NCBI GenBank assembly: GCA_963702965.1 | Contig: OY969776.1 | Coordinates: forward strand, 2,731,992-2,795,991 | DNA length: 64,000 nucleotides | DNA from: Terriglobia bacterium | GTDB taxonomy: Bacteria > Acidobacteriota > Terriglobia > Terriglobales > Acidobacteriaceae | Reading direction: 5' to 3' | Shown: positions 48,254 through 57,620 of the stretch, piece by piece | Layout of the letters: every line of letters starts with the position of its first letter | Position numbering within the stretch: the stretch's first letter is position 1 | Position numbers and translations under genes: made by a program | Notes under the pieces: generated by a model | Told to the model about the DNA's origin: nothing | Database searches by the model: none | The model's input: only the letters and a program-made list of their open reading frames with translations

Positions 48254-48666
48254 AGAACATCGTTCTCGATGCCAGCGCGCTATTGCGCTTTGTGGACAAC
48301 GAAACCGGATCGGAGCGGGTCGCCGAGTATCTGCAAAAGGCACTCGGCGCTGAGCTTGCCGTTTTGATTTCCTGTGTGAACTGGGGCGAGGTGGTCTATT
48401 CGGTCCTAAAGGCGCATGGCGAAAAAGCTTCTTCTTTTCTTTCTGAGCTCAAGGCGCTGCCGATTGAGATTGTTCCTAGTTCGATTGAGCGAGCTGAAGA
48501 CGCAGCGCGATTCAAGCATGTTCACGGAATTCCTTACCCGGATGCCTTCGCTGGTAGCCTGGCGATGGAAATGCGGGCTCGTTTAGTCACCGCCGATTAT
48601 GATTTCCATGGAATTTCGCCGACGGGGATGCAGATCGAGCTGCTGCCGGCGAGGCGGCGGGATTAG
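48250..48666 (+). CDS. PIN-domain toxin (VapC-like)
   Basis: 138 aa. N-terminal IVLDASALL acidic motif and C-terminal LVTADYDF. Confidence 0.75.
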   Translation: MKNIVLDASALLRFVDNETGSERVAEYLQKALGAELAVLISCVNWGEVVYSVLKAHGEKASSFLSELKALPIEIVPSSIERAEDAARFKHVHGIPYPDAFAGSLAMEMRARLVTADYDFHGISPTGMQIELLPARRRD

Positions 48667-48761
48667 TCCGCTCATCTGAACTAGACTGCGCGAACGGGAC
48701 GTTCACGCCTTACATGATGCAACGAACTCCTTGCAGATACTGATAAAATATAGAGAATCTC

Positions 48762-49997
48762 ATGGCTACTATTCAACGCAGAAAAGCGATTACAGCTTCG
48801 ATTCAAGGTGTACGGGTTGGGTCGGATGCACCTGTCGTGGTGCAGTCGATGACCAACACCGACACCGCCGATATTGCAGGCACGGTCAAGCAGGTTGCTG
48901 CGCTGGCTCGCGCCGGTTCGGAACTGGTTCGCGTTACAGTCAACAACGAAGACGCGGCGCAGGCGGTTGCGCCGATTGTCGAGCAGTTGAACGAGATGGG
49001 CGTTCGCGTGCCCATCATAGGCGACTTCCACTACAACGGGCATTTGCTGCTCAAGAAATTTCCCGCGTGCGCGCGGGCGCTGGCGAAATATCGCATTAAT
49101 CCCGGCAATGTAAGCGTGGGCCGCAAGAACGACGACAACTTCCGGACGATGATTGAAGTTGCGGTCGAGAATCAGAAGCCAGTGCGCATCGGCGTGAATT
49201 GGGGTTCGCTCGATCAAGCATTGCTCACACGCATGATGGATGAAAATTCCAAGCTGGTCGAACCCAAAGAAGCGCGCGACGTGATGATGGAAGCGATGGT
49301 AGTCAGCGCGTTGAACTCTGCCGAATTAGCTGAAAAGTACGGCATGCGGAAAGACCAGATTATTTTGAGCGCGAAAGTCAGTGGCGTGCAGGATTTGATT
49401 GACGTTTATCGTTCGCTAGCGGCGCGGTGTGATTATCCCCTGCATTTGGGATTGACCGAAGCGGGTATGGGCGCGAAAGGCGTTGTGGCTTCGAGCGCAG
49501 CTTTGGGCGTGCTCTTGCAGGAAGGCATTGGCGATACGATTCGAGTTTCGCTGACCCCTGCCCCTAGCGGAGACCGCTCAGAAGAAGTTCGCGTGGCGCA
49601 GCAGATTTTGCAATCGCTGGGGATTCGCAGCTTTACTCCACAGGTGACGGCTTGCCCCGGATGCGGGCGGACGACGAGCACGTTCTTCCAAGAGATGGCC
49701 GAGCAGATTCAGACTTATCTCCGCGAACAAATGCCGTCATGGAAAGAACGCTACAACGGCGTCGAAGAAATGAAAGTCGCCGTGATGGGATGCGTGGTCA
49801 ATGGGCCCGGCGAATCGAAGCACGCGAACTTAGGTATTTCCCTTCCCGGCACGTTTGAAGAGCCGAAAGCGCCTGTCTATGTCGATGGCCGATTGTTCAC
49901 CACATTAAAGGGCGACCACATTGTGGCGGAGTTCCGCAAAATTCTCGACGATTATGTCGAGTCGCACTACGCGGCGCGAGAAGCGGTGACGGTCTGA
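48762..49997 (+). CDS. ispG: 4-hydroxy-3-methylbut-2-enyl diphosphate synthase
   Basis: [34 protein letters not shown]. Confidence 0.95.
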   Translation: MATIQRRKAITASIQGVRVGSDAPVVVQSMTNTDTADIAGTVKQVAALARAGSELVRVTVNNEDAAQAVAPIVEQLNEMGVRVPIIGDFHYNGHLLLKKFPACARALAKYRINPGNVSVGRKNDDNFRTMIEVAVENQKPVRIGVNWGSLDQALLTRMMDENSKLVEPKEARDVMMEAMVVSALNSAELAEKYGMRKDQIILSAKVSGVQDLIDVYRSLAARCDYPLHLGLTEAGMGAKGVVASSAALGVLLQEGIGDTIRVSLTPAPSGDRSEEVRVAQQILQSLGIRSFTPQVTACPGCGRTTSTFFQEMAEQIQTYLREQMPSWKERYNGVEEMKVAVMGCVVNGPGESKHANLGISLPGTFEEPKAPVYVDGRLFTTLKGDHIVAEFRKILDDYVESHYAAREAVTV

Positions 49998-50528
49998 TTA
50001 TTTTTCAGGCAACGGCTTGGCAACGTGCGCAAAATCCTGCGTGACATAAACCAGGCGGCCGGTGCGAACTATTCCGAATCCCACAATATTAAAATTGCCA
50101 TCGAGCAGATTCGCGCGATGGTGTGGCGACCCCATGAACGCCTGCTGTGAACCATCTACCGTGGGCGCGTAGCCGACGTTTTCGCCCTCTGCCGTGAGCG
50201 GTGCCGCCACTTTACCCGCTAGGCGCACTGGCAACGCGGGTTCGCCGGGAAAGTCATGCGTGAGCTTCTGTTGCGCAGCCATGCGGGCGGAGTGTTGACG
50301 GGCGGCAGCGGTCAGGCCGGGATCAAGCCTTAGAGCCGGCAACCCAGCCCGGGCCCGGGCTTGATTGGCGAGATCGAGAATATGTTGCTCGCCAGCTGCG
50401 TCATAGGTTAGCTGGGCCATGGTGGGCGACGGAGCCAACAGAGTCACGCCGAACACGACGCTTGAGGCCACAACGCACCACATTCTCGAGCTGATTTTGC
50501 GGGATGGCATCCTGATCCGCGAAAGCAA
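49998..50528 (-). CDS. CAP (SCP/PR1-like) domain protein, secreted
   Basis: Signal peptide. LTHDFPGEP...GENVGY...MGSPHHRANLLD is typical of bacterial CAP domains. Its stop abuts the ispG stop. Confidence 0.65.
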   Translation of the reverse strand: MLSRIRMPSRKISSRMWCVVASSVVFGVTLLAPSPTMAQLTYDAAGEQHILDLANQARARAGLPALRLDPGLTAAARQHSARMAAQQKLTHDFPGEPALPVRLAGKVAAPLTAEGENVGYAPTVDGSQQAFMGSPHHRANLLDGNFNIVGFGIVRTGRLVYVTQDFAHVAKPLPEK

Positions 50529-50587
50529 TTCCGCCGCTCGCGAGTTTGCGTAGAATAGCTGCTAGGCCTCGGAGATACACGATTACG

Positions 50588-51937
50588 ATGGGCACATTCC
50601 TGTTGTTACTTCTGGTCGCGAGCAATGTCGTACTGCTGGGGCTGGTTGTGGTACTGCTGCGCCGAATGAACGGCGGCGGGCAAGCCGATGCGATTGCCCA
50701 GCTGGCCAGTCAGAATGCTAGCCTCCAGCAACATCTGACGACTCAGCTGTCTTCAGCCACCGCCGACATCGCCATGCGGTTGGAGCAGACCAAAGGCGAT
50801 TTGCGGCAGCAGTTTACTGATCGGTTGACCGACGGATTCGAGGCAGTCCGTGGCGCTGTGGATGCCCAGATGGTTTCGGGGCGAAAAGAACAGTCGGAGG
50901 GATTGGCTCAGGCCCGCGCCGAGTTGACGTCTTCCCTTTCGATGACGACTTCGCAATTGAAAAGCGAATTTGATGGATTGAATCAGAAGACGACGCAGAA
51001 TTTAGAGGCCATTCGCGATCGCGTGGATGCAAGGCTCATGGCGATTACCGATCAGGTGCAGATTAAACTTGATCAGAATATTAAAGAAGGCTTCGCTCAG
51101 TTTGAAAAAGTCCAGCAGCACCTGAAGGCCGCGGAAGAACAGTTGCGCGAAGTAGGCGCACTGGGCCATTCCATTAACGACCTGAATAATCTATTAAAGC
51201 TGCCGCATCTGCGCGGAACGTTCGGCGAGGCGAGCCTGGAGCGACTTTTGGCCGACTTTCTTCCGGCGCACATGTTTGAGATCCAAGCGCAACTGCCGAA
51301 CGGCGGCGGGCGTCCGGATGCGCTGATTCAGTTCCCCGACCGGCGACTGCCAATTGATGCAAAGTTTCCGCGAGAGCAAGTTCTGGCGTTGTTTGAAAGC
51401 AACGTGGCATCCGAAATTGAAGAAGCGCGAGTCGAGTTTGTCCGGGTAATGAAAGCGCAGGCGAAACGTATTCAGGCGTACATTCAGCCGGAAAATGGGA
51501 CGACGGAAATAGCGCTGATGTATTTGCCCAGCGAAACTCTGTATATGGAAGCGGTACGCAATCGCGATTTGGCCGATTGGCTGAACCAGTTGCATGTATT
51601 TCCGGTCTCTCCGAATACCCTGTTGATGACTTTGCAGACCATCGCGCTGGTGCACAAGTGGTACGAAGTTGCCAGCCGGTTTGAGAAGAGCCGGCAGGAA
51701 TTGGGCAAAGCGCAAAAGTCATTCGATTTTTTCCAGAACCAGTTCGACAAAGTCGGCAAAAGCCTGAGCAACGCGCAGGAAGCGTTCGATACGGCGCAGA
51801 AACACTTGAAATCTTACCGTGGCAAGGTGAGCGTGTTGAGTGGTCAGGAGCAGTTAGAGTTGGATTCCCCGTTAAAAGAGGCATCTTCCAAAGAGGAGAG
51901 CGGCGATTTGCCATTGTTGGATAAGGCAAGCGCGTAA
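50588..51937 (+). CDS. rmuC: DNA recombination protein RmuC
   Basis: N-terminal TM, long coiled coil, and RmuC nuclease-like core (PDALIQFPDRRLPIDAKFP ... ALMYLPSETLY). Confidence 0.85.
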   Translation: MGTFLLLLLVASNVVLLGLVVVLLRRMNGGGQADAIAQLASQNASLQQHLTTQLSSATADIAMRLEQTKGDLRQQFTDRLTDGFEAVRGAVDAQMVSGRKEQSEGLAQARAELTSSLSMTTSQLKSEFDGLNQKTTQNLEAIRDRVDARLMAITDQVQIKLDQNIKEGFAQFEKVQQHLKAAEEQLREVGALGHSINDLNNLLKLPHLRGTFGEASLERLLADFLPAHMFEIQAQLPNGGGRPDALIQFPDRRLPIDAKFPREQVLALFESNVASEIEEARVEFVRVMKAQAKRIQAYIQPENGTTEIALMYLPSETLYMEAVRNRDLADWLNQLHVFPVSPNTLLMTLQTIALVHKWYEVASRFEKSRQELGKAQKSFDFFQNQFDKVGKSLSNAQEAFDTAQKHLKSYRGKVSVLSGQEQLELDSPLKEASSKEESGDLPLLDKASA

Positions 51938-52046
51938 GTCATTGATCGACGCAGATTTGGCAGAAGGCGGGCGCCTGTAGATATATAGCTTGATATATGC
52001 GCGGACGGACTATATCATGGTATATATCATCCATTTGGAGGTTCCC

Positions 52047-52289
52047 ATGCCACGCACCGCCAAACTCTTTCGCAATGGACGCAGCCAGGCGGTTCGCTTG
52101 CCTTCCGAATATCGCTTTCAAGAGGCTGAGGTTTTTATCCGCCGTGACGATACCACCGGCGACATTGTGCTCTCCCGTCGGCCGGAATCCTGGGATGAAT
52201 TCTTCCATTTGATTGATTCGCTCGGCCTTCCTGAGGACTTTATGGCTAAGCGCGAAGACACTCCTCCGCAGAAGCGAAAGATATTTTGA
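52047..52289 (+). CDS. vapB: AbrB/SpoVT-type antitoxin VapB
   Basis: MPRTAKLFRNGRSQAVRLPSEYRF. GGAGG RBS. The stop overlaps the TTG start of the PIN gene. Confidence 0.8.
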   Translation: MPRTAKLFRNGRSQAVRLPSEYRFQEAEVFIRRDDTTGDIVLSRRPESWDEFFHLIDSLGLPEDFMAKREDTPPQKRKIF

Positions 52290-52708
52290 CGGCAATTCGC
52301 TACCTCCTAGACACCAACACCGTCAGCTACATCATCAAAGGCAATTTTCCACGGGTACGAGAAAGACTTCTAAGAGTGCCGATGGCCGAAGTTGGAATTT
52401 CGGTTATCACCGAGGCTGAGTTGCGCTACGGCGCGGCCAAAAAGCCGGAAGCAACCAAACTTAAATCTATTGTGGAAGAGTTTCTGTTGCGCGTTGAGAT
52501 CTTGCCTTGGGATTCTGCAGCAGCGCGCCATTACGCACAGATTCGGGCAAGTCTGGAGAGCAGCGGCCAACCTATGGGAAATCTCGACATGATGATTGCA
52601 GCACAGGCGCTTGCAGTCGAATCTGTGCTAGTCAGCAGCGATCGTGTCTTTAAAAGGATCAAGCATTTGAAAATCGAAGACTGGAGCAGTTCTGCTCGGC
52701 GACCGTAG
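52286..52708 (+). CDS. vapC: PIN-domain toxin VapC
   Basis: YLLDTNTVSYIIKG...ITEAELRYG...GNLDMMIAAQAL...LVSSD. Confidence 0.85.
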   Translation: MTAIRYLLDTNTVSYIIKGNFPRVRERLLRVPMAEVGISVITEAELRYGAAKKPEATKLKSIVEEFLLRVEILPWDSAAARHYAQIRASLESSGQPMGNLDMMIAAQALAVESVLVSSDRVFKRIKHLKIEDWSSSARRP

Positions 52709-52714
52709 CACAGC

Positions 52715-53605
52715 CTACAATCCTGCCTCGATCCGCGAACGCGGATCGAGATAGTCGCGCAGGGCGTCACCGATAAAATTAAACGAGAGCACGGCCAACA
52801 TCACCGCGAGCGCGGGGAACAGCACGAGATGCGGCGCGTCAAAGAGGTGCGCACGGCCATCGTTGAGCATGGCTCCCCAACTGGCAGTCGGAGGCGGGAC
52901 GCCCAATCCCAGAAAACTCATGGTGGCTTCGGCGAGAATAGCTCCGGCCATGCCGATGGCGGCCTGCACAATCACCGGCTGAATGATGTTCGGCAGAATA
53001 TGGCGCACGATGATGCGCAGATCGCTCGCGCCCAGTGCCCGGGCCGCTTCGACGAATTCACGTTCGCGCGCTGCCAGAACCTGACCGCGAACCAGCCGAG
53101 CATAGCCAACCCATCCGCCGAGAGATAAAGCCAAAACAAGGTTGAAGATTCCCGGACCACGAAAAGCGACAAAGGCGATGGCCAGCAAAATTCCGGGGAA
53201 CGACATAAATGCGTTCATCACGACGATATTCACGAAGCGATCGATGAATCCGCCATAATATCCGGCAAGCGACCCGATGATGAGGCCAAGAGTAAGCGAG
53301 CACACAACTACGCTGGTGCCGACCAGCATGGAGATGCGCGCGCCGAAGATGATGCGGGAAAGAATGTCGCGACCCAGTTCATCGGCGCCGAACCAATGGG
53401 CCGACGACGGCCCGGTGAGGCGAATCGGCAAATTGATATAAGCGGGGTCTTGCGGCGCAATCCAAGGCGCGAATATTGCGAAGACTACGAACACAACCAC
53501 CATCACCACGCCGAATGCCGCCAACGGATTATGGCGGGCTGCCGCTCTTGCATTTCGCAAATAGGTGGGTTCTGATATTCCAGTCGAGACGGCAGCGGTG
53601 GACAT
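52715..53605 (-). CDS. ABC transporter permease, DppC/OppC type
   Basis: 296 aa. The EAA-like loop FVEAARALGASDLRIIVRHILPN is typical of peptide/nickel permeases. Confidence 0.85.
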   Translation of the reverse strand: MSTAAVSTGISEPTYLRNARAAARHNPLAAFGVVMVVVFVVFAIFAPWIAPQDPAYINLPIRLTGPSSAHWFGADELGRDILSRIIFGARISMLVGTSVVVCSLTLGLIIGSLAGYYGGFIDRFVNIVVMNAFMSFPGILLAIAFVAFRGPGIFNLVLALSLGGWVGYARLVRGQVLAAREREFVEAARALGASDLRIIVRHILPNIIQPVIVQAAIGMAGAILAEATMSFLGLGVPPPTASWGAMLNDGRAHLFDAPHLVLFPALAVMLAVLSFNFIGDALRDYLDPRSRIEAGL

Positions 53606-53647
53606 TTACACCATGTTAAACCACTGCCATCTCGAACAGTCACCGCA

Positions 53648-54208
53648 CTACTTCTTGGGCCTTGACTCCGGCGGCACCAGGCCGGCTACGCGGTAGTAAA
53701 CGACGAGTTGGCCGTAGTGTTCGCCGGAATGCTCAACGAACCCATAGGCCATATCGCCAAATCTGTATTGGCCGTTGCCGAATGGGTCCTTAATGGCATC
53801 GTCCAAACCCTTGTCTCCGCGTTGCTTGATGAGTTCGGCTCCATCCGCAAAAGACTTCTTCACGAACGCCACGACGTCCGCCTTTGTTTTGTAGTCAGCG
53901 CGCTTGGGGTCGCCTTCGGGCTGTTTCGCTCCAGTGGCCGCGTTGATGAAGTAATAATTGGCCCCGGCGGCGTGAAGCAGGCCTTCGGCGAAAGTGCGTT
54001 GGGCGGGAGTCGGCTTGAAATCATATTTGTCTTCGGGGAAATCTTCGGCCATCGCGATGAGCTTCCGGCCAATGTCATTCCAAGTTTCGAGTAGGGCTTG
54101 CGAAGCTGGAGTGAGCGGTTTGAGGTCTTTCTTTGCGTCCTGCGCGATGGCTGAAGGGGTTAAGGTTGCAAGCAGTAGAAATGGGAGCAATGACTTAAAT
54201 CCTGACAT
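53648..54208 (-). CDS. DinB family protein with signal peptide
   Basis: 186 aa. Four-helix DinB-type His positions (LLHAAGANYY ... VEHSGEHYGQLVVYYR). Confidence 0.65.
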   Translation of the reverse strand: MSGFKSLLPFLLLATLTPSAIAQDAKKDLKPLTPASQALLETWNDIGRKLIAMAEDFPEDKYDFKPTPAQRTFAEGLLHAAGANYYFINAATGAKQPEGDPKRADYKTKADVVAFVKKSFADGAELIKQRGDKGLDDAIKDPFGNGQYRFGDMAYGFVEHSGEHYGQLVVYYRVAGLVPPESRPKK

Positions 54209-54300
54209 AGCACTCTCCTGGGATCGGGTGAGACAACAGAAATCTTAGACTGGAGGGCGCGGAAAAGTTAGCGGAGCTGCCAAGAAAATTAGAAGAGCGG

Positions 54301-54708
54301 TCACCATAGTTCGAGCTTGATCTGGCGATAACTATTGATGAGTTCAAAATCCGCCCTGTTGGACGTTATCAGACGCGCACCCTGAGAGCGGACGGTAAGA
54401 GCGATGAGCACGTCAAAATGGAGGTCGCGCAATTTGGCAGGCGTGAAGGCATGATCGGCGCGCATGACTGCGAGTATCTCGCCCGATTCCAGCCAGTTCT
54501 TTTGTGTGGGAGTCAGGACCGGATGGTTTCGCGCCAGTGCGCGGAGAAATTTACGTTCTGCGGAGCTGATTACGCCACGCGCCAGTTCTGCGAGCACCAC
54601 CGATGAATTGCGAACCAACCCTTCAACCGATTCGATCTTCGTGCCATGGCGCCCGGTGCGGAGTTCGTCGACCAGGACAGAGGTGTCGAAGATGACGAAA
54701 TCACTCAT
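54301..54708 (-). CDS. PIN-domain toxin (VapC-like)
   Basis: FVIFDTSVLVDELR ... DVLIALTVRSQGARLITSNRADF. Confidence 0.75.
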   Translation of the reverse strand: MSDFVIFDTSVLVDELRTGRHGTKIESVEGLVRNSSVVLAELARGVISSAERKFLRALARNHPVLTPTQKNWLESGEILAVMRADHAFTPAKLRDLHFDVLIALTVRSQGARLITSNRADFELINSYRQIKLELW

Positions 54709-54889
54709 CCAGTCCGGAGAATTTCAGTTTGCCGGAGTTTTTCTTCATCAGTGACTTGAATCGCTTGAGTGCCACGATTTCGCGCAACGCAATGTGAACC
54801 GCGTCGGTTCGGGACTTCGCCCCAAGGACTTTCACGGCCTCGTCGGCCAGATGTGTATCCAGGCGAATTGACGTCATGGTCATGGCCAT
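54701..54889 (-). CDS. type II antitoxin (VapB-like, DUF2191-type)
   Basis: 62 aa. TSIRLDTHLADEAVKVLGAKSRTDAVHIALREIV. Overlaps the PIN gene by 8 nt. Confidence 0.7.
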   Translation of the reverse strand: MAMTMTSIRLDTHLADEAVKVLGAKSRTDAVHIALREIVALKRFKSLMKKNSGKLKFSGLDE

Positions 54890-54906
54890 CTATGCATCCT
54901 CCACCA

Positions 54907-54937
54907 TGTATATACACTTTAAAGTAATTGTATATAC
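54907..54937. promoter_or_regulatory. candidate TA operator: two copies of the palindrome GTATATAC
   Basis: TGTATATAC at 54907-54915 and 54929-54937 (22-bp spacing), directly upstream of the antitoxin start at 54889. Confidence 0.4.
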
Positions 54938-54986
54938 GCGTCAAGCGCGTTTGTGGAACCTGGAAATGTCACCTCCCCCGATTTTC

Positions 54987-55905
54987 CTATTGCCTTATCC
55001 TCGGGTTCGCCACTGAGTATAGAAAATCCGTCAGGAAATTTACGGCAACATACGTCAGTCCAATCGCCAGGATGCAGCCTTGCACAAGGTAGTAATCGCG
55101 ATTGCCGATAGCGGTGATGGTGAGGCGTCCAATGCCGGGCCAGGAAAAAATGGTTTCGGTGACGATGGCTCCCGCGAGCAGCGCGCCGAATTGCAGGCCG
55201 AGCACGGTGATGATGGGAATCATGGCGTTACGCAGGGCGTGGCGATAGACGACGGTGCTCTCGGGCAGGCCTTTGGCGCGGGCAGTGCGAATGTAGTCCT
55301 GGCTTAATTCTTCGAGCATCGAAGTGCGTACCATGCGCGTGAGAATCGCGGCTAATGCTCCGCCCATGGTGATGGCGGGCAAAACGAGATTGGCGAAGCT
55401 GCCCGCCCCGGAAACAGGGTAGCCATCCCAGCTTAATCGCGAATATCAAAATTAAAATCGGGCCCAACGCAAAATTAGGGAATGACAGGCCGAACAGGCT
55501 GATAACGCTGATGGTGCGGTCGTCCCATTGGTTGCGGCGCTGGGCAGAACGCACTCCAGCAGGAACAGAAAGAAGTACGGCGACCAATAACGCGGCTAGT
55601 GTGAGTTGCAGCGTGTAGGGATAGCGTTGCAAGACCAGCTTACTCACGCTTTGATTCAAGCGGACGGATTGGCCAAGATCGCCGTGCAAAACACCTTTCC
55701 AGTACTGAATGTATTGCCGGCTGAGGGGCTGATCGAATCCGTAGGCGTGGCGGGCGGCTTGAACGTCGGCTGCGGGAGCGCCTTCACCCAGCATTTGCAA
55801 GATGGGATCGCCGGGAACGAGATGAATTAGCAGAAATACGAGAGAGACGACCAGCCAGACGACCGGCAGAGTATAGAGGACGCGTTGAAAAATATAGCGG
55901 AACAT
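54987..55905 (-). pseudogene. ABC transporter permease, DppB/OppB type, single frameshift
   Basis: N-terminal MFRYIFQRVLYTLPVVWLV...AIKLGWLP is in one frame. VSGAGSFANLVLPAITMGG...YIRTARAKGL continues in another, with the junction near 55417. Confidence 0.7.
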
Positions 55906-55954
55906 TAGTTGTGGGCTGTCAGTTGTCAGTTGCCAGTTTCCAGAAACCTCTACT

Positions 55955-57328
55955 CTAACTTCCGGCTTGGCCCAAAGCTGCCGCAGCTTCCAGCTTTTCA
56001 ATCCTCACTTTAGCGATGCGATGGCCGTCCATTTCTTCCACGGTGAAGCGATGGCCTTCGTAGTCGAATCCGTCGCCTTGGGTTGGAATTTTCTGCAAAC
56101 GCGCAAGAATAAATCCGGCAAGAGTTTCAAACCCAGCGTCGCGCGGCAGAGCTAGATCGTATTGCGTTTCGAGGTCGCGAATTCCGGCCGCGCCTTCAAG
56201 CACAACGGCGATTTTGCCTTCGAGAATGGGCTGCTCCGGCGCCGCGGTATCGAATTCGTCTTCGATTTCACCTACCAATTGCTCAAGAATATCTTCCGCT
56301 GTAATCATCCCAGCGGTTGAACCGAATTCGTCCACAACGACCGCGAGATGACGTTTGCGCTCTTTGAATTCTTCGAGCAATTCGCTGAGCACTTTGGTCT
56401 CAGGAACCACCAGCACATCGTGCATGATCTGGTTGATTTTCATGGCGGCGATGCGCTGGGCAATCGCGGGATTGGCGTTGAGCCGCATGCGGGTCCAGCG
56501 CATGAGATCTTTGGCGTAGAGCACGCCTATGATGTGCTCCGGACCACTTTGCGGATCATAAACCGGAATGCGGGAATGTTGCTCCTCAACTGCGCGGCTA
56601 TGGGCTTCGTCGAGCGAGAGATCGCCAGGGAGCGAAAATATTCTTGGCCGGGGCACCATGACTTCACGGACCGCGATGTTTTCCAGTTCCAGCGCGTTGT
56701 GAATCATCTGCTCCTGGAAAGCGGGAATTTCACCGAACTGGCGGCTGGCGGTGGCAATTAGTTTCAACTCATCCGGCGAATGAATGCTTCCTTGTCGCGA
56801 CCGGGGCGAACCAAAAATTCGCAGCACTTTGGCGGCCGCGCGGCTCATCAGGAATAACACCGGACGAGTAAGGGTCAAAAACGCGTCCATGGGCGCAGCC
56901 ACAGCCAAGGCCACTTGCTCACCGCGCTGCAATGCTAGGGACTTGGGGACGAGTTCCCCCAAAATCACGTGCATGCAGGTAATCAGAGTAAAAGCCAGAA
57001 CAATGGCGATACCGTGGGCGTAGACGAGCGCATGCGGGACGTCAGAAATGAATCCCATTCCCTCGACAATGTGGGCCACGATCGGCTCACCGATCCATCC
57101 CAGCGTGAGGCTGACGATGGTGATGCCGAGTTGGACTCCGTTGACCACTTCGTCCAGATTGCGGCGGAGTTTCTGTACGGTTCGGGCGCCCGTACGGCCG
57201 GCGTCGATCAGTTGCTGGATACGGGTGTCGCGCACACTCACAAGGGCGAATTCGGCCGCAGCGAAGAAGGCGTTGGCCGCCACCAGCAACAAGACCAGGA
57301 ACACCCGCAGCAGCACAAAGGCGATCAT
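55955..57328 (-). CDS. hemolysin-family protein (DUF21-CBS pair-CorC_HlyC; CNNM/TlyC type)
   Basis: 457 aa. N-terminal 4-TM DUF21, CBS pair, and a C-terminal CorC_HlyC-like domain (FDYEGHRFTVEEMDGHRIAKVRI). Confidence 0.85.
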   Translation of the reverse strand: MIAFVLLRVFLVLLLVAANAFFAAAEFALVSVRDTRIQQLIDAGRTGARTVQKLRRNLDEVVNGVQLGITIVSLTLGWIGEPIVAHIVEGMGFISDVPHALVYAHGIAIVLAFTLITCMHVILGELVPKSLALQRGEQVALAVAAPMDAFLTLTRPVLFLMSRAAAKVLRIFGSPRSRQGSIHSPDELKLIATASRQFGEIPAFQEQMIHNALELENIAVREVMVPRPRIFSLPGDLSLDEAHSRAVEEQHSRIPVYDPQSGPEHIIGVLYAKDLMRWTRMRLNANPAIAQRIAAMKINQIMHDVLVVPETKVLSELLEEFKERKRHLAVVVDEFGSTAGMITAEDILEQLVGEIEDEFDTAAPEQPILEGKIAVVLEGAAGIRDLETQYDLALPRDAGFETLAGFILARLQKIPTQGDGFDYEGHRFTVEEMDGHRIAKVRIEKLEAAAALGQAGS

Positions 57329-57620
57329 GGATGGGTAATTCTAACATTCCAAAGGATTAGACACAGGGCGAATCGGCAGCCCCGATGGTAAAATTAATCA
57401 GGCTCAGGGGTTGGCATCTAAAGAGTTATAAGCGTTCTGGTTCCTGGTGGGCGGGCGCGAAATCTCCTTGCTTCGGTTGCTTCCCTTTCCACATTTGGAT
57501 GGTCTAATGCAATGATCTCGGGCGCGCTGGGGCAGGCGATGCTGAATCTCAGGAACAAATTTAAGGCCGCTTCCGTAACAAGAGAAGACGGCCATACAAG
57601 AATTAAGCCAGGAGGCAGCA

